Part shown: one piece after another, positions 6,578 through 18,023 of the stretch | Layout of the letters: each line of letters begins with the position of its first letter | Numbering within the stretch: the first letter of the stretch is position 1 | NCBI GenBank assembly: GCA_963931495.1 | Contig: OZ007020.1 | Span: forward strand, 390,001 to 422,000 | Length of the DNA stretch: 32,000 nucleotides | Origin: an uncultured Alphaproteobacteria bacterium | Lineage (GTDB): Bacteria > Pseudomonadota > Alphaproteobacteria > Rs-D84 | Direction: 5' to 3' | Notes under the pieces: model-generated | The model's input: the letters and a program-made list of their open reading frames with translations, nothing else | Database searches by the model: none | What the model was told of the DNA's origin: nothing | Translations under genes and position numbers: made by a program

Positions 6578-8659
6578 ATGTCAGTCGGAAAAACAGCACC
6601 TTTGGATATGTACCGCAATATCGGCATTATGGCACATATTGATGCGGGCAAAACAACAACGTCAGAACGTATTTTGTTCTATACCGGTAAAACATATAAA
6701 ATTGGTGAAGTGCATGATGGTGGCGCAACCATGGACTGGATGGAACAGGAACAAGAACGCGGTATTACAATTACGTCCGCGGCGACAACATGCTTTTGGC
6801 GCGATCATCGCATCAATTTGATTGACACACCGGGGCACGTTGATTTTACGATGGAAGTTGAACGTTCGTTACGCGTCTTGGACGGTGCGGTTGCGGTGTT
6901 TGAATCTGTGTCTGGGGTTCAACCGCAAACAGAAACTGTATGGCGCCAGGCTGATCGTTATAACGTTCCGCGTATTTGTTTTGTGAATAAAATGGACCGT
7001 ATTGGTGGAAACTTTTTCCGCTGTGTTGATATGATTCGTGAACGTTTGGGGGCGAATCCGTTGGTTGTGAATTTCCCAATCGGTGCAGAATCTGAATTCC
7101 GTGGGGTTGTTGATGTTGTTGAAATGCGGGGTATCGTTTGGGAAGATGACCTGGGCAAGGAACCGCACATTGTTGATATCCCAGATGACTTAAAAGAAAA
7201 AGCCGCGGAATTACACAACAAACTGATTGAAGAAGTTGTGACACTGGATGATGACATTATGGAAGCATATATGGAAGGTAACGAACCAGATGTTGCAACA
7301 ATTAAAAAATTAATCCGCAAGGGTACAATTGCACAAAACTTTAATCCGGTTTTATGTGGTACAGCGTTCAAAAACAAGGGTGTTCAGCCACTGTTGGATG
7401 CGATTGTTGATTATTTGCCAAGTCCATTGGATATTCCGGCGATTAAAGGAACGGCGATGGATGGTAAAACGGTTATTGAACGTCATGCCGATCCAAAAGA
7501 ACCGTTCAGTGCGTTGGCATTCAAGGTGGCAAATGACCCATTTGTCGGAAATTTGATGTTTATCCGTATTTATTCTGGCAAATTAGTGTCGGGTTCTTAT
7601 ATTTACAATTCTAATCGTGACAAGCGTGAACGTGTTGGACGTATGTTGTTGATGCATTCTAATCAACGTGAAGAAATTAAAGAAGCATCAGCCGGTGACA
7701 TTATTACGCTGGTCGGTATGAAAGAAACAATTACCGGTGACACATTGTGTGATGAATCAAATCCGATTATTTTGGAAAACATTCATGTTCCAGAACCGGT
7801 TATGAGTATTGCTGTTGAACCAAAAACCAAGGCAGATATTGAAAAAATGTCGTTGGGGTTACAGGCATTGGCCAAGGAAGATCCGTCTTTCCGTGTGTCC
7901 GTGGATGAAGAATCCGGTCAAACGATTTTGGCGGGTGTTGGTGAATTGCATCTGGAAATTTTGGTTGATCGCTTGCTGCGCGAATTCAAGGTTGACGTTA
8001 ATGTTGGTGAACCGCGCATTGCGTATCGCGAAACATTCAGTAAACCAATTACAGAAGAATATACGCATAAAAAGCAATCTGGGGGTTCGGGTCAATACGC
8101 CCAAGTGAAAATTGAATTTGAACCATTGGAACCAGGTTCTGGGTATGTGTTTGAAAACAAGATTGTTGGTGGTGCTATTCCAAAAGAATATATCCCCGGC
8201 GTTGAAAAAGGGTTAAAGATAGCACAACAGACAGGTGTTCTGATTGGCTATCCAACTGTGGATTTCAAAGCGACATTGGTTGATGGTAAGTATCATGAAG
8301 TTGATTCTAATGTATTATGCTTTGAAATTGCGGCGCGTGCCTGTTTCCGCGAAGCAATGAAAAAGGCGGCGCCAAAGTTGTTGGAACCGATTATGAAACT
8401 TTCGGTCAACACACCGGAAGAATATGTCGGTGACATCATCGGGGACCTGAACAGCCGTCGTGGACAAATCAACGGTATTGAAACACAATTTGGAAATCAG
8501 TTGATTTCAGCATTCGTTCCATTGGCGAACTTGTTCGGATATGTCAAGACATTGCGTTCTTTGTCGCAAGGGCGCGCAAATCCATATATGGAATTGTCGC
8601 ACTATGCCGAAGTGCCGCAAAATGTCGCAGACGAGGTTATCAAGAAACTGACAAAATAA
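6578..8659 (+). CDS. fusA: Elongation factor G
   Basis: 693 aa with GTPase motifs [17 protein letters not shown] and NKMD, plus the EF-G domain IV/V sequence. Confidence 0.98.
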   Translation: MSVGKTAPLDMYRNIGIMAHIDAGKTTTSERILFYTGKTYKIGEVHDGGATMDWMEQEQERGITITSAATTCFWRDHRINLIDTPGHVDFTMEVERSLRVLDGAVAVFESVSGVQPQTETVWRQADRYNVPRICFVNKMDRIGGNFFRCVDMIRERLGANPLVVNFPIGAESEFRGVVDVVEMRGIVWEDDLGKEPHIVDIPDDLKEKAAELHNKLIEEVVTLDDDIMEAYMEGNEPDVATIKKLIRKGTIAQNFNPVLCGTAFKNKGVQPLLDAIVDYLPSPLDIPAIKGTAMDGKTVIERHADPKEPFSALAFKVANDPFVGNLMFIRIYSGKLVSGSYIYNSNRDKRERVGRMLLMHSNQREEIKEASAGDIITLVGMKETITGDTLCDESNPIILENIHVPEPVMSIAVEPKTKADIEKMSLGLQALAKEDPSFRVSVDEESGQTILAGVGELHLEILVDRLLREFKVDVNVGEPRIAYRETFSKPITEEYTHKKQSGGSGQYAQVKIEFEPLEPGSGYVFENKIVGGAIPKEYIPGVEKGLKIAQQTGVLIGYPTVDFKATLVDGKYHEVDSNVLCFEIAARACFREAMKKAAPKLLEPIMKLSVNTPEEYVGDIIGDLNSRRGQINGIETQFGNQLISAFVPLANLFGYVKTLRSLSQGRANPYMELSHYAEVPQNVADEVIKKLTK

Positions 8660-8774
8660 AAAAATAAAAAAAGATTGTGATTTTTGATTTCTGGTTTATG
8701 ATTGGTGAGAATTCCAATGAATCGGAAATCAGATTTCAGAAATCAAATTAACAGCCAAGCCTAAGGAGAAAACT

Positions 8775-9962
8775 ATGGCAAAAGAAAAGTATGTAAGAAC
8801 CAAGCCGCACGTTAACATCGGTACAATTGGTCACGTTGACCATGGTAAAACGACATTGACGGCCGCAATCGTTCATTATTATGGCGTTGGCGCAGACCAA
8901 GCCAAGGGTGTTGATCAAATTGATAATGCACCAGAAGAACGCGCACGTGGTATTACAATTAATACTGCACACGTTGAATATGAAACAGCGAATCGTCATT
9001 ATGCACACGTTGACTGCCCAGGGCACGCGGACTATGTTAAAAACATGATTACCGGTGCGGCGCAGATGGACGGTGCGATTTTGGTCGTTGCCGCAACAGA
9101 TGGACCGATGCCACAAACACGTGAACACATTTTGTTGGCACGCCAGGTTGGTATTCCAAAAATCGTTGTTTATTTGAACAAGTGCGATTTGGTAAATGAT
9201 CCTGAATTGTTGGAATTGGTTGAAATGGAAATTCGTGAACTGTTGTCTTCAAATGACTTTGATGGCGACAAGGCTCCGATTATTCGTGGTTCTGCCGTTT
9301 CTGCATTAGAAGGTAAAAGTGATGGTTTGGGCAAAGAATCAATTGACGCGTTGTTGGCGGCATGTGATGAATACATCCCATTGCCAGAACGTCCGGTTGA
9401 CAAACCGTTCTTGATGCCGATTGAAGACGTATTCTCTATTACTGGTCGTGGTACTGTGGTTACAGGTCGTATTGAATCTGGTACAGTAAAGGTCGGTGAT
9501 GAATGCGAAATTGTTGGTTTGCGTCCAACACAGAAAACAACAGTTACTGGCGTTGAAATGTTCCGCAAATTGCTGGACCAAGGTGAAGCCGGTGATAACG
9601 TTGGTTTGTTGTTGCGTGGAACCAAGAAAGAAGATGTTGAACGTGGTCAGATTATTTGCAAACCGGGTTCTATTACCCCGCACACTGAATTTGAAGCAGA
9701 AGTCTATATTCTGACCAAAGAAGAAGGTGGACGTCACACTGCGTTCTTTAGCAACTATCGCCCACAGTTCTATTTCAGCACAACAGACGTAACAGGTACA
9801 ATCACACTGCCGGCTGATAAAGAAATGGTTCTGCCGGGTGATAACGTCCGTATCTCTGTGCAACTGATTGCACCAATTGCTATGGACGAAGGCCGTCGCT
9901 TTGCTATCCGTGAAGGCGGACGCACAGTTGGCGCAGGCGTTGTATCAAAAATTATTAAATAA
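8775..9962 (+). CDS. tuf: Elongation factor Tu
   Basis: 395 aa, [32 protein letters not shown]...[26 protein letters not shown]...NKCD. An AAGGAG SD is present. Confidence 0.98.
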   Translation: MAKEKYVRTKPHVNIGTIGHVDHGKTTLTAAIVHYYGVGADQAKGVDQIDNAPEERARGITINTAHVEYETANRHYAHVDCPGHADYVKNMITGAAQMDGAILVVAATDGPMPQTREHILLARQVGIPKIVVYLNKCDLVNDPELLELVEMEIRELLSSNDFDGDKAPIIRGSAVSALEGKSDGLGKESIDALLAACDEYIPLPERPVDKPFLMPIEDVFSITGRGTVVTGRIESGTVKVGDECEIVGLRPTQKTTVTGVEMFRKLLDQGEAGDNVGLLLRGTKKEDVERGQIICKPGSITPHTEFEAEVYILTKEEGGRHTAFFSNYRPQFYFSTTDVTGTITLPADKEMVLPGDNVRISVQLIAPIAMDEGRRFAIREGGRTVGAGVVSKIIK

Positions 9963-10043
9963 GTAAAACAGTCGTGGGTCGGTGTATCTGGATGAAAAAT
10001 GCCAGAGATTACCGGCCCCGATAACGATAAGGAAAACGAACAA

Positions 10044-10355
10044 ATGGTACCAGCATCTAAAATTCGCATCAAATTGACAGCGTTTGACCACAGGGTTTTA
10101 ATGGAATCTGTGGATGAAATAGTCAAAACTGCAAAGCGCACAGGCGCAGATGTAGTTGGACCCGTTCGCTTGCCGACATTGATTAAGAAGTTTACTGTGA
10201 ACCGTTCGCCGCACGTGGATAAAAAATCACGCGAACAATTTGAAATTCGCAATCACAAAGCGGTTGTGGATATTGTTAATCCAACCCCTCAGACAGTAGA
10301 TGCATTGATGAAGTTGGATTTGGCGTCCGGTGTTGATGTAAAAATTAAATTGTAA
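10044..10355 (+). CDS. rpsJ: 30S ribosomal protein S10
   Basis: From the internal ATG the product is [35 protein letters not shown].... An AAGGAAA SD precedes 10044. The track start at 9999 adds a non-conserved 15-aa extension. Confidence 0.93.
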   Translation: MVPASKIRIKLTAFDHRVLMESVDEIVKTAKRTGADVVGPVRLPTLIKKFTVNRSPHVDKKSREQFEIRNHKAVVDIVNPTPQTVDALMKLDLASGVDVKIKL

Positions 10356-10426
10356 TTGTTTGTGTTGGACGGCGTAATCAATGGTGTGTACAACGTCCAA
10401 CCTACTGACGAAAAAAGGCAAATAAA

Positions 10427-11179
10427 ATGAAACGTAGCGGTTTAATAACAACAAAAATAGGTATGACACGTTTGTATGATGACGGTGGCGTGGCGCATCC
10501 AGTGACTGTTCTGTCTGTGGGTGATTGCACGGTTATCGGTAATCGTACAATGGATAAAAATGGATATGTCGCAAATGTGTTGGGGATGCGCGAAGCCAAG
10601 GCAAAGCATGTTGCAAAGCCCCAGGCGGTTGCGGCAGAAAAAGCAGGCGTAAAACCATATCGCAAAGTCGTAGAATTTCGTGTGTCTGATGATTGTGTCA
10701 TCCCAACAGGAACTGTATTAAATGCGGCGCATTTTATTGCCGGACAATTTGTTGATGTCCAAGCAACCAGTAAGGGCAAGGGATTCCAAGGTGCAATGAA
10801 ACGCCACAATTTTGGTGGTAAAGAAGCGTCACACGGTGTGTTAAAAGCCCATCGTTCAATCGGTGGTACAGGTATGCGTGAATGGCCTGGTCGTGTTTTG
10901 AAGGGTAAAAAAATGGCCGGTCAGATGGGTAACGAAACTGTTACTGTTCAGAATCTGAAAGTGTTTGGTGTTGATGAAGCAGAAAATTTAATCTTTGTAG
11001 AAGGCGCGGTCCCAGGGGCAAATGGAACATTTGTCTTGGTGACAGATGCGATAAAAAAAGAACAGAAAGATTTGCCGGTTCCGACAAAGTTGCAGGTCGC
11101 GGAATCTGTGGCACCAGAATCAGTGGAATCCGGTGAACAGCCGGCGGCAGAAACCGAAACAGAAACTGTTGCGGAATAA
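10427..11179 (+). CDS. rplC: 50S ribosomal protein L3 (with acidic C-terminal tail)
   Basis: MKRSGLITTKIGMTRLYDDGG...FQGAMKRHNFGG...SHGV.KAHRSIGGTG matches L3. The tail is ...VAESVAPESVESGEQPAAETETETVAE. Confidence 0.96.
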   Translation: MKRSGLITTKIGMTRLYDDGGVAHPVTVLSVGDCTVIGNRTMDKNGYVANVLGMREAKAKHVAKPQAVAAEKAGVKPYRKVVEFRVSDDCVIPTGTVLNAAHFIAGQFVDVQATSKGKGFQGAMKRHNFGGKEASHGVLKAHRSIGGTGMREWPGRVLKGKKMAGQMGNETVTVQNLKVFGVDEAENLIFVEGAVPGANGTFVLVTDAIKKEQKDLPVPTKLQVAESVAPESVESGEQPAAETETETVAE

Positions 11180-11214
11180 TAGTATGGGCAACAGATTAGA
11201 GTAAGGTGGAAAAA

Positions 11215-11835
11215 ATGCAAGTAGATGTTATTAATTTTGATGGCAAGTCGGTCGGCAAAGTGGATTTAGCAGACCAGATATTTGGTGTTGAACCGCGCGC
11301 AGATATTCTGTATCGTGTTGTTACATGGCAACGCGCAAAATCACGTGCAGGTACACATGCAGTGAAAACTGTATCAGATGTCGCGGGCAGTGGTAAAAAA
11401 GCATTCAAACAGAAAAAAACAGGTAATGCGCGCCAGGGTGAAAGATATAATGTTCACATGCGTGGCGGTGGTGTTGTACACGGACCGGTTGTTCGGGACC
11501 ACAGCATTGATTTGCCAAAGAAAATTCGCGCATTGGGATTAAAAATGGCCTTGTCGTCCAAGGTAAAAGATGGAAATTTAATCATTATTGATTCTGAAAA
11601 ATTGTCTGCGGCAAAAACAGGGGCGTTTGCAAAACAGTTGAAAAAACTGGATTTGAATTCTGCGTTGTTTGTTGGTGCAGATACGTTGGATGAAAATTTC
11701 CGTAAGTCTGCGGCGAATATTCCAAATATTGATGCGTTGCCGACAATCGGTTTGAATGTGTTGGATATTTTGAAACATGATAAATTGGTTTTGACCGCAG
11801 ATGCAGTCAAAGCGGTGGAAGCACGCTTGGCATAA
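11215..11835 (+). CDS. rplD: 50S ribosomal protein L4
   Basis: MQVDVINFDGKSVGKVDL...QKKTGNARQGE...GGGVVHGP matches L4. I prefer the ATG at 11215, after a TAAGGTGG SD, over the GTG at 11206. Confidence 0.94.
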   Translation: MQVDVINFDGKSVGKVDLADQIFGVEPRADILYRVVTWQRAKSRAGTHAVKTVSDVAGSGKKAFKQKKTGNARQGERYNVHMRGGGVVHGPVVRDHSIDLPKKIRALGLKMALSSKVKDGNLIIIDSEKLSAAKTGAFAKQLKKLDLNSALFVGADTLDENFRKSAANIPNIDALPTIGLNVLDILKHDKLVLTADAVKAVEARLA

Positions 11836-11871
11836 TTTTATGCCTGGGTATGACGAAAAAGGTGAAATAAA

Positions 11872-12204
11872 ATGGCAGAAAAGAAAGTTACATCAGAAAA
11901 AAAAGTCGTTGCGACCGCCGGTATTTATGATATACTGCGTCGCCCGATAATTTCGGAAAAGGCGGCAAAATTGTCTGAAAGCAATGGTGTTGCATTTGAA
12001 ATTGCACCGAATGCAACCAAGGCAGATGTCGTTCGCGCAGTCCAAGCAATTTACAATGTAAAACCGATAAAGGTGAACATTGTTGTTGCCAAGGGAAAAA
12101 TTAAATCTTTCCGTGGACGTGGTGCGGGCGCACAACGTGCAGTTAAAAAGGCATATGTATCTTTGCCGGCAGATGCAAAATTGGATTTATCGGCAAATAT
12201 ATAA
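11872..12204 (+). CDS. rplW: 50S ribosomal protein L23
   Basis: ...YDILRRPIISEKAAKLSESNGVAFEIAPNATKADVVRAVQAIYNVKPIKVN... is L23-like, and the gene sits in the S10-operon position. Confidence 0.95.
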   Translation: MAEKKVTSEKKVVATAGIYDILRRPIISEKAAKLSESNGVAFEIAPNATKADVVRAVQAIYNVKPIKVNIVVAKGKIKSFRGRGAGAQRAVKKAYVSLPADAKLDLSANI

Positions 12205-12277
12205 TATAAACACAGTCTTGGCAGAGAACCCACAAAAATGGATGTTATTGTCAAGATAAAATAAAAAGGTAATAAAA

Positions 12278-13111
12278 ATGGCATTAAAACATTACAAGCC
12301 AAATACAGCAGGAACACGTGGTTTGACATTGGTTGACCACAGTGATTTGCACCGTGGCGCACCAGAAAAGTCGCTGACTGTTGGGTTAAAGTCCAAGGGT
12401 GGACGTAATAATTTTGGACATGTGACGGTTATGCACCAAGGTGGCGGTCACAAACGTAAATATCGTTTAATTGATTTTGCCCGCAAGAAAAAAGGCGTGC
12501 CGGCAACTGTTGTTCGTTTGGAATATGATCCGAATCGTACAGCGTTTATCGCATTGATTGAATACACCGATGGTGCACGTTCGTATATTTTGGCACCGCG
12601 TGATTTGAAAGTTGGCGATGTTGTTGTTTCTGGGGATCGTGAAGATATTAAACCAGGTAATGCAATGCCGTTGAAAAATATGCCGATTGGTACAATTGTG
12701 CATAATGTTGAATTAAAACCAGGTGCCGGCGGCCAATTGGCGCGCAGTGCTGGTTGCTATGCCCAATTAATGGGTAAAGATGGTGTGTATGCCCAGATTA
12801 AAATGAACAGCGGCGAATTACGCAAGGTTCATTCTGATTGTATGGCAACAGTTGGCAGCGTGTCAAATCCAGACCAGCGTAATGTTAACCTGGGCAAGGC
12901 TGGACGTGCACGTTGGTTGGGTATTCGTCCATCTGTTCGTGGTATGGCCCAGAATCCTGTGGATCACCCAATGGGTGGTGGTAATGGCCATTCCAAGGGT
13001 CATGAACCTGTATCGCGTACTGGTATCCCGGCCAAGGGTTATCGCACACGCAAGAATAAACGTACTGCAAAGATGATTATCCGCAGCAGACATTTGGCAA
13101 AGAAAAAATAA
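12278..13111 (+). CDS. rplB: 50S ribosomal protein L2
   Basis: [15 protein letters not shown]...[13 protein letters not shown]...[21 protein letters not shown] is canonical L2. Confidence 0.98.
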   Translation: MALKHYKPNTAGTRGLTLVDHSDLHRGAPEKSLTVGLKSKGGRNNFGHVTVMHQGGGHKRKYRLIDFARKKKGVPATVVRLEYDPNRTAFIALIEYTDGARSYILAPRDLKVGDVVVSGDREDIKPGNAMPLKNMPIGTIVHNVELKPGAGGQLARSAGCYAQLMGKDGVYAQIKMNSGELRKVHSDCMATVGSVSNPDQRNVNLGKAGRARWLGIRPSVRGMAQNPVDHPMGGGNGHSKGHEPVSRTGIPAKGYRTRKNKRTAKMIIRSRHLAKKK

Positions 13112-13130
13112 TATAAAAACGGAGTGATTA

Positions 13131-13412
13131 ATGTCTCGTTCAATATGGAAAGGTCCTTATGTTCATCCGTCTGTGCTGAAGAAAGTTGCGGCGGCAAATG
13201 AAAAAAATGATCATAAGCCGATTAAAACTTGGTCCCGTGGCAGTACAATTATACCGCCAATGGTTGGTTTAACCTTTGAAGTTCACAATGGAAATAAATT
13301 TATTCCGGTGTCTGTCGTAGAAGATATGATTGGACATAAATTGGGCGAATTTGCCCCAACGCGTACATTCAAAGGACACGCAGCGAATAAAAAAGCCGCA
13401 GCGGCAAAATAA
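13131..13412 (+). CDS. rpsS: 30S ribosomal protein S19
   Basis: [19 protein letters not shown]...[28 protein letters not shown]...[18 protein letters not shown] is canonical S19. Confidence 0.98.
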   Translation: MSRSIWKGPYVHPSVLKKVAAANEKNDHKPIKTWSRGSTIIPPMVGLTFEVHNGNKFIPVSVVEDMIGHKLGEFAPTRTFKGHAANKKAAAAK

Positions 13413-13427
13413 TAAAGGGTTACAGTT

Positions 13428-13844
13428 ATGACAACAGCAAGATATGGAATTAAAGATAACCAAGTGCGTGCGTTTAACAGACTGATTCGTATCAGCCATC
13501 AGAAATTGAACTTGGTGTGTGATACTGTTCGTGGGTTGCCAGTTGCGCGTGCGATTGATGTCTTGAAATTTTCAAAAAAGCGCGTTTCTGGGGAAGTTTT
13601 GAAGACTTTGTTGTCGGCAATTGCAAATGCAGAACATAATAAAAATTTGCCGGCAGACAGTTTGTACATCAAAGAAATTTGGTGTGGCAAAGCGTTGACA
13701 ATGAAACGTATTATGCCGGCGTCCCAGGGACGCGCACGTCCGATTTTGAAACCGTTTTCAAATCTGACGATTGTTTTGGAATCTGGGGTGGCGCCATCCA
13801 AGAAAAAAGAAACAAAGGCAAAAAAACAAGAAAAGGCAAAATAA
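13428..13844 (+). CDS. rplV: 50S ribosomal protein L22 (Lys-rich C-terminal tail)
   Basis: ...RLIRISHQKLNLVCDTVRGLPVARAIDVLKFSKKRVSGEVLKTLLSAIANAEHN... is L22-like, in operon position. Confidence 0.96.
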   Translation: MTTARYGIKDNQVRAFNRLIRISHQKLNLVCDTVRGLPVARAIDVLKFSKKRVSGEVLKTLLSAIANAEHNKNLPADSLYIKEIWCGKALTMKRIMPASQGRARPILKPFSNLTIVLESGVAPSKKKETKAKKQEKAK

Positions 13845-13940
13845 TAAATACGGCAAGTGGTATGGATGAAAATCCTGAATAAAGCCGATGCCAAGGCTTC
13901 AAGAACACTTGCCATAAAAAAACACTAAGGGAAAAGTAAA

Positions 13941-14642
13941 ATGGGACAGAAAGTATCACCAGTTTCATTACGCGAATTTATTAACAAGATTACTGATTCG
14001 CGTTGGATTGCGGGTAAAAAAGACTATGCAGGTTTGCTGGCCGAAGATATCAAAATTCGCAACTTTATTGAAAAAAAGTTGAAAAAAGCCGGCTTGGCCA
14101 AGGTTGTTATAGAACGCTTTGCAAAGAAAGTTGTTGTTACTATTCATACGTCACGGCCAGGTATGATTATCGGTAAAAATGGTGCTGATATTGAAACGTT
14201 GCGTAACGATATTAAAAAACTGGTTAAAAATGACCAAGTTGTTGTGAATATTTATGAAGTTCGTCGCCCGGACTTGAATGCACAATTGGTTGCCCAGAAT
14301 ATTGCACAGCAAATAGAAGGGCGTGTTTCATTCAAGCGCGCAATGAAAAAGGCGGTTCAAAATGCACTGAAAGCAGGTGCCCAAGGCATCAAGGTTATGT
14401 GTTCTGGGCGTCTGAATGGTGCAGAAATTGCCCGCAGTGAACAAATTCGCGAAGGTCGCATCCCATTGCATACTTTGCGTGCCGATATTGACTATGCGTC
14501 AATCCAGGCGAAAACAACGTACGGGGTTATTGGTGTGAAAGTTTGGATTTACACTGGTGACGTCGTAAACAAGGAAAAGTTGGCATCTGAAATGGCACGT
14601 CCAGCCGAATATGCCGGCACCAGCGAAAGAAAAAGCAAGTAA
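13941..14642 (+). CDS. rpsC: 30S ribosomal protein S3
   Basis: [11 protein letters not shown]...[20 protein letters not shown]...[30 protein letters not shown] is canonical S3. Confidence 0.98.
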   Translation: MGQKVSPVSLREFINKITDSRWIAGKKDYAGLLAEDIKIRNFIEKKLKKAGLAKVVIERFAKKVVVTIHTSRPGMIIGKNGADIETLRNDIKKLVKNDQVVVNIYEVRRPDLNAQLVAQNIAQQIEGRVSFKRAMKKAVQNALKAGAQGIKVMCSGRLNGAEIARSEQIREGRIPLHTLRADIDYASIQAKTTYGVIGVKVWIYTGDVVNKEKLASEMARPAEYAGTSERKSK

Positions 14643-14709
14643 TTTTTGTCGGCATCTATATGGTGTCGGGACGACAAAAATTAAAAACAGAAATTAAAAG
14701 GTTGTTATT

Positions 14710-15123
14710 ATGTTAATGCCAAATAAAACAAAATTTCGCAAACAGCACAAAGGGCGTATTCACGGTGTTGCCAAAGGCGGCAGTGAATTGGCGTTTGGGT
14801 CGTTTGGTCTGAAAGCAATGACGCCGGAACGTGTCACCGCGCGTCAAATAGAGGCGGCACGTCGTGCAATTACCCGTCATATGCGTCGTATGGGGAAATT
14901 GTGGATTCGTGTTTTCCCGGATGTTCCAGTTACTAAAAAACCAGCCGAAGTCCGTATGGGTAAGGGTAAAGGTGCGGTTGAATACTGGATTTGCCGCGTA
15001 AAGCCAGGACGCATCTTGTTTGAACTGGATGGTGTTAAACCAGAAGTTGCATATGAAGCGTTTGCATTGGCCGCAGCAAAGTTGCCGGTTAAAACAAAAG
15101 TGGTTGAACGCAAAGTTAACTAA
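14710..15123 (+). CDS. rplP: 50S ribosomal protein L16
   Basis: [24 protein letters not shown]...[39 protein letters not shown] is canonical L16. Confidence 0.98.
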   Translation: MLMPNKTKFRKQHKGRIHGVAKGGSELAFGSFGLKAMTPERVTARQIEAARRAITRHMRRMGKLWIRVFPDVPVTKKPAEVRMGKGKGAVEYWICRVKPGRILFELDGVKPEVAYEAFALAAAKLPVKTKVVERKVN

Positions 15124-15181
15124 GTTGATAAGAACGTTATATTTTTCGCACTGGGGCGGAATATGACAAAAGGGTTAAAAA

Positions 15182-15376
15182 ATGGCAGAAAAAAAAGTTG
15201 AAAAAGAAACTTTGACAGCAGAAGCGTTGCAAAGCAAACTGGAAAACTTGAAAAAAGAACAAATGAATCAACGTTTCCAGCATGCCGCCGGACAAATGGC
15301 GAAAACGCACGTTATGCGCCAGACGCGGCGTGAAATTGCGCGTGTGAAAACACAAATTAACGCGTCAAAAAAATAA
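15182..15376 (+). CDS. rpmC: 50S ribosomal protein L29
   Basis: 64 aa, ...LQSKLENLKKEQMNQRFQHAAGQMAKTHVMRQTRREIARVKT is L29-like, in operon position. Confidence 0.93.
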   Translation: MAEKKVEKETLTAEALQSKLENLKKEQMNQRFQHAAGQMAKTHVMRQTRREIARVKTQINASKK

Positions 15377-15498
15377 ATCACCGATTTTTGTTGAGATTTC
15401 TAAATTTTTAGATATCATATTCCGAAATCGGGTAAAATGTGTGCTGGGGGGGCGGTAATGCACAAACCAGCGTAAATAAATGTAAGGGAATAATAGTT

Positions 15499-15768
15499 AT
15501 GCCAAGACGTATACTGCAAGGAACAGTTAAAAGTACAGCAAATGACAAAACAGTCGTGGTGGAAGTTGAACGTCGTTTTCGTCATCCGCTGTATGGTAAA
15601 TTTGTTAAGCAGAATAAAAAGTACAAGGCGCACGATGAAAACAACGAATACAAAGTTGGTGATATCGTCGCAATTGAAGAACATCGTCCAATTTCCAAGA
15701 CAAAAACTTGGGTGGTCAAAGGGCGCGTTGGTGTGTCCAAAGACGAAACAGTGGATGTTGTTGAATAA
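15499..15768 (+). CDS. rpsQ: 30S ribosomal protein S17
   Basis: From the internal ATG the product is [71 protein letters not shown]. An AAGGGA SD is present. The track start at 15439 is an upstream extension. Confidence 0.94.
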   Translation: MPRRILQGTVKSTANDKTVVVEVERRFRHPLYGKFVKQNKKYKAHDENNEYKVGDIVAIEEHRPISKTKTWVVKGRVGVSKDETVDVVE

Positions 15769-15883
15769 TATCACACAGGGTCTTTGAGGTTTGGCACGTA
15801 ATATCTTTATGGCGCCAGACAGTCGGAACCTGGGATAACAAAGCAGTGGGGGATTGCCCCACGTGCAGGATAAAGGTGAAGTT

Positions 15884-16258
15884 ATGATACAAAATGAAAC
15901 AGTTATGACGGTTGCAGATAATTCTGGGGCACGCAAGGCAATGTGTATCAAAGTCTTGGGTGGTTCGCACCGTCGTTATGCAACAGTTGGTGATAAAATT
16001 GTTGTTGCCATCAAAGAAGCAATTCCACGTGGCAAAGTTCAAAAAGGTACGGTACAACGTGCAATTATCGTTCGTACAAAGTTTCCGGTAAAACGTCCGG
16101 ATGGTTCAATTATTCGTTTTGATGACAATGCAGTTGTTTTGATAAACAAAAATAATTTTGAACCAATTGGTACACGTATTTTTGGGCCGATTGCGCGTGA
16201 AGTTCGTCGTAAATATGATGTTCAGAAAATTGTGTCTTTGGCACCAGAAGTTATTTAA
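15884..16258 (+). CDS. rplN: 50S ribosomal protein L14
   Basis: From the internal ATG the product is [52 protein letters not shown].... An AAAGGTGA SD is present. Confidence 0.96.
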   Translation: MIQNETVMTVADNSGARKAMCIKVLGGSHRRYATVGDKIVVAIKEAIPRGKVQKGTVQRAIIVRTKFPVKRPDGSIIRFDDNAVVLINKNNFEPIGTRIFGPIAREVRRKYDVQKIVSLAPEVI

Positions 16259-16302
16259 TTTTGGGTCAATGGCAAGCATGATGTAGACAAAGGATTGGGA
16301 AA

Positions 16303-16605
16303 ATGAAAATCAAAAAAGGCGACGAAGTCGTAGTTATTTCGGGAAAATATAAAGGCGTTAAAGGTAAAGTCTTGGAAGCGCGCCCGTCTGAATCCCGCGT
16401 TGTTGTAGAAGGTGTCAATCGCCACAAGTGGCATGTGAAACCAACACAAGAACAACCAGGACATATTGTTGATCGCGAAGCACCGATACATGTTTCTAAT
16501 GTTGCGTTGGTGGATCCGAAAACAAAAAAGCCGTCACGCGTTGGATATAAGGTTGATGGTGATAAAAAAGTTCGCATTGCAAAGAAATCTGGTGCGGAAT
16601 TATAA
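16303..16605 (+). CDS. rplX: 50S ribosomal protein L24
   Basis: [26 protein letters not shown]...VVVEGVN...KH.KP is canonical L24. Confidence 0.97.
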   Translation: MKIKKGDEVVVISGKYKGVKGKVLEARPSESRVVVEGVNRHKWHVKPTQEQPGHIVDREAPIHVSNVALVDPKTKKPSRVGYKVDGDKKVRIAKKSGAEL

Positions 16606-16615
16606 TAAAGAATGT

Positions 16616-16633
16616 TTCCCGCTGTTACGGGAA
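16616..16633 (+). repeat. Intergenic hairpin TTCCCG-CTGTTA-CGGGAA, copy 1 (21 nt before the rplE ATG)
   Basis: 6-bp stem with a 6-nt loop. A 19-nt stretch, TTCCCGCTGTTACGGGAAT, is identical to 18590-18608. It is followed by an AAGGAA SD. Confidence 0.7.
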
Positions 16634-16654
16634 TAAAACGTTAAGGAATAAAAA

Positions 16655-17200
16655 ATGCAAAGCAGATTGCGTGAAGTTTATGAAAAAGAAATTGTTCCTG
16701 AATTAATTAAAGAATTCGGGTACACGAATCCTTTGGCGGTTCCAAAACTGACCAAAATTGTTTTGAATATGGGCGTTGGCGAGGCCGTTAATGATAAAAA
16801 GAAATTGGATGCGGCGGTGACTGATTTAACCGCGATTGCCGCACAAAAGCCGGTCGTTACGCATGCAAAAAAATCTATTGCAACGTATCGTTTGCGCGAA
16901 GGTCAACCCATCGGTACCAAGGTGACGTTGCGTGGCAAAAGAATGTATGATTTCTTAGACAAATTAATTACGGTCGCATTGCCACGTGTAAAGGATTTTC
17001 GTGGATTATCAAAGTCTAAATTTGATGGACGTGGTAATTATGCGTTCGGTATCAAGGAACACTTGATTTTCCCAGAAATTTCCGTTGATAAAATTGACGC
17101 AATCCGTGGAATGGATATCGTCATTGCAACAACGGCAAAAACAGATGATGAAGCGCGTGCATTGCTGACTAAAATCGGGTTGCCGCTGGTTCTGAAATAA
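16655..17200 (+). CDS. rplE: 50S ribosomal protein L5
   Basis: [44 protein letters not shown]...[17 protein letters not shown] is canonical L5. Confidence 0.98.
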   Translation: MQSRLREVYEKEIVPELIKEFGYTNPLAVPKLTKIVLNMGVGEAVNDKKKLDAAVTDLTAIAAQKPVVTHAKKSIATYRLREGQPIGTKVTLRGKRMYDFLDKLITVALPRVKDFRGLSKSKFDGRGNYAFGIKEHLIFPEISVDKIDAIRGMDIVIATTAKTDDEARALLTKIGLPLVLK

Positions 17201-17215
17201 TAAAAGGTAATACAA

Positions 17216-17518
17216 ATGGCGAAATTAGCGTTAATTAATAAACAAAAAAAACGTGAAAAGTTGGTCGCGCAATATGCCAAAAAACGTGCATCTATTAAAG
17301 AAAAGATGTCTGTGAATGCAACACCAGATGAACGTATGGATGCAATGAAAAAATTGGCAAAATTGCCACGTAATGCAAATCCAACAAGACTGCATAATCG
17401 TTGTTCTGTTACAGGGCGTGCACGCGGGTATTTCCGTTTGTTTGGTCTGTGCCGTCAACAGGTTCGTACCATGGCATCCGAAGGTAAATTGCCGGGCGTA
17501 CGCAAGTCCAGTTGGTAA
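17216..17518 (+). CDS. rpsN: 30S ribosomal protein S14 (long, non-zinc form)
   Basis: MAKLALINKQKKREKLVAQYAKKR...LPRNANPTRLHNRCSVTGRARGYFRLFGLCR...GKLPGVRKSSW. Confidence 0.97.
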   Translation: MAKLALINKQKKREKLVAQYAKKRASIKEKMSVNATPDERMDAMKKLAKLPRNANPTRLHNRCSVTGRARGYFRLFGLCRQQVRTMASEGKLPGVRKSSW

Positions 17519-17603
17519 TTTGTGTTTTTATTAAATCCCCAGTTGTGGACAATGCAGCTGGGCATCAGTTTGGGGAAACCCACTGAGTAACAAGGAGTAA
17601 AAG

Positions 17604-18002
17604 ATGTCATTATCACACCCAATCGGAGATATGCTGACCCGTATTCGTAACGGTCAGAATGCCGGTAAAGAATTTGTGACTGTCCCAAACAGCAAACTGC
17701 GCGCAGCAGTGTTGGCGGTGTTAAAGGACGAAGGTTTTATCACTGATTTTCATAAAGAACAAATTGACGAACATCGCGCTAATTTGGTTGTTGAATTGAA
17801 ATATATTAACGGAAATGGCGCAATCCAAGATATTACAGTCGTTTCAAAGCCTGGACGTCGTGTATATTCAGGCAGTGCAAAAATGCCACGCGTACTGAAT
17901 GGATTGGGCATCGCGATTGTTTCAACACCAAATGGTGTTATGACAGATCACAAGGCTCGCTTGATGAATGTTGGTGGCGAAGTGTTGTGCAAGGTTATAT
18001 AA
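17604..18002 (+). CDS. rpsH: 30S ribosomal protein S8
   Basis: MSLSHPIGDMLTRIRNGQNAGKEFVTVPNSKL...GLGIAIVSTPNGVMTDHKAR..NVGGEVLCKV. Confidence 0.98.
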   Translation: MSLSHPIGDMLTRIRNGQNAGKEFVTVPNSKLRAAVLAVLKDEGFITDFHKEQIDEHRANLVVELKYINGNGAIQDITVVSKPGRRVYSGSAKMPRVLNGLGIAIVSTPNGVMTDHKARLMNVGGEVLCKVI

Positions 18003-18023
18003 TTAAGGTAAGCGAGGTTTAAT

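Noticed and set aside
15415-15951. 178-aa minus-strand ORF across the rpmC-rpsQ-rplN region
   Set aside because: It is antisense to rpsQ and two spacers, has no SD and no recognisable motifs, and conflicts with conserved r-protein genes.
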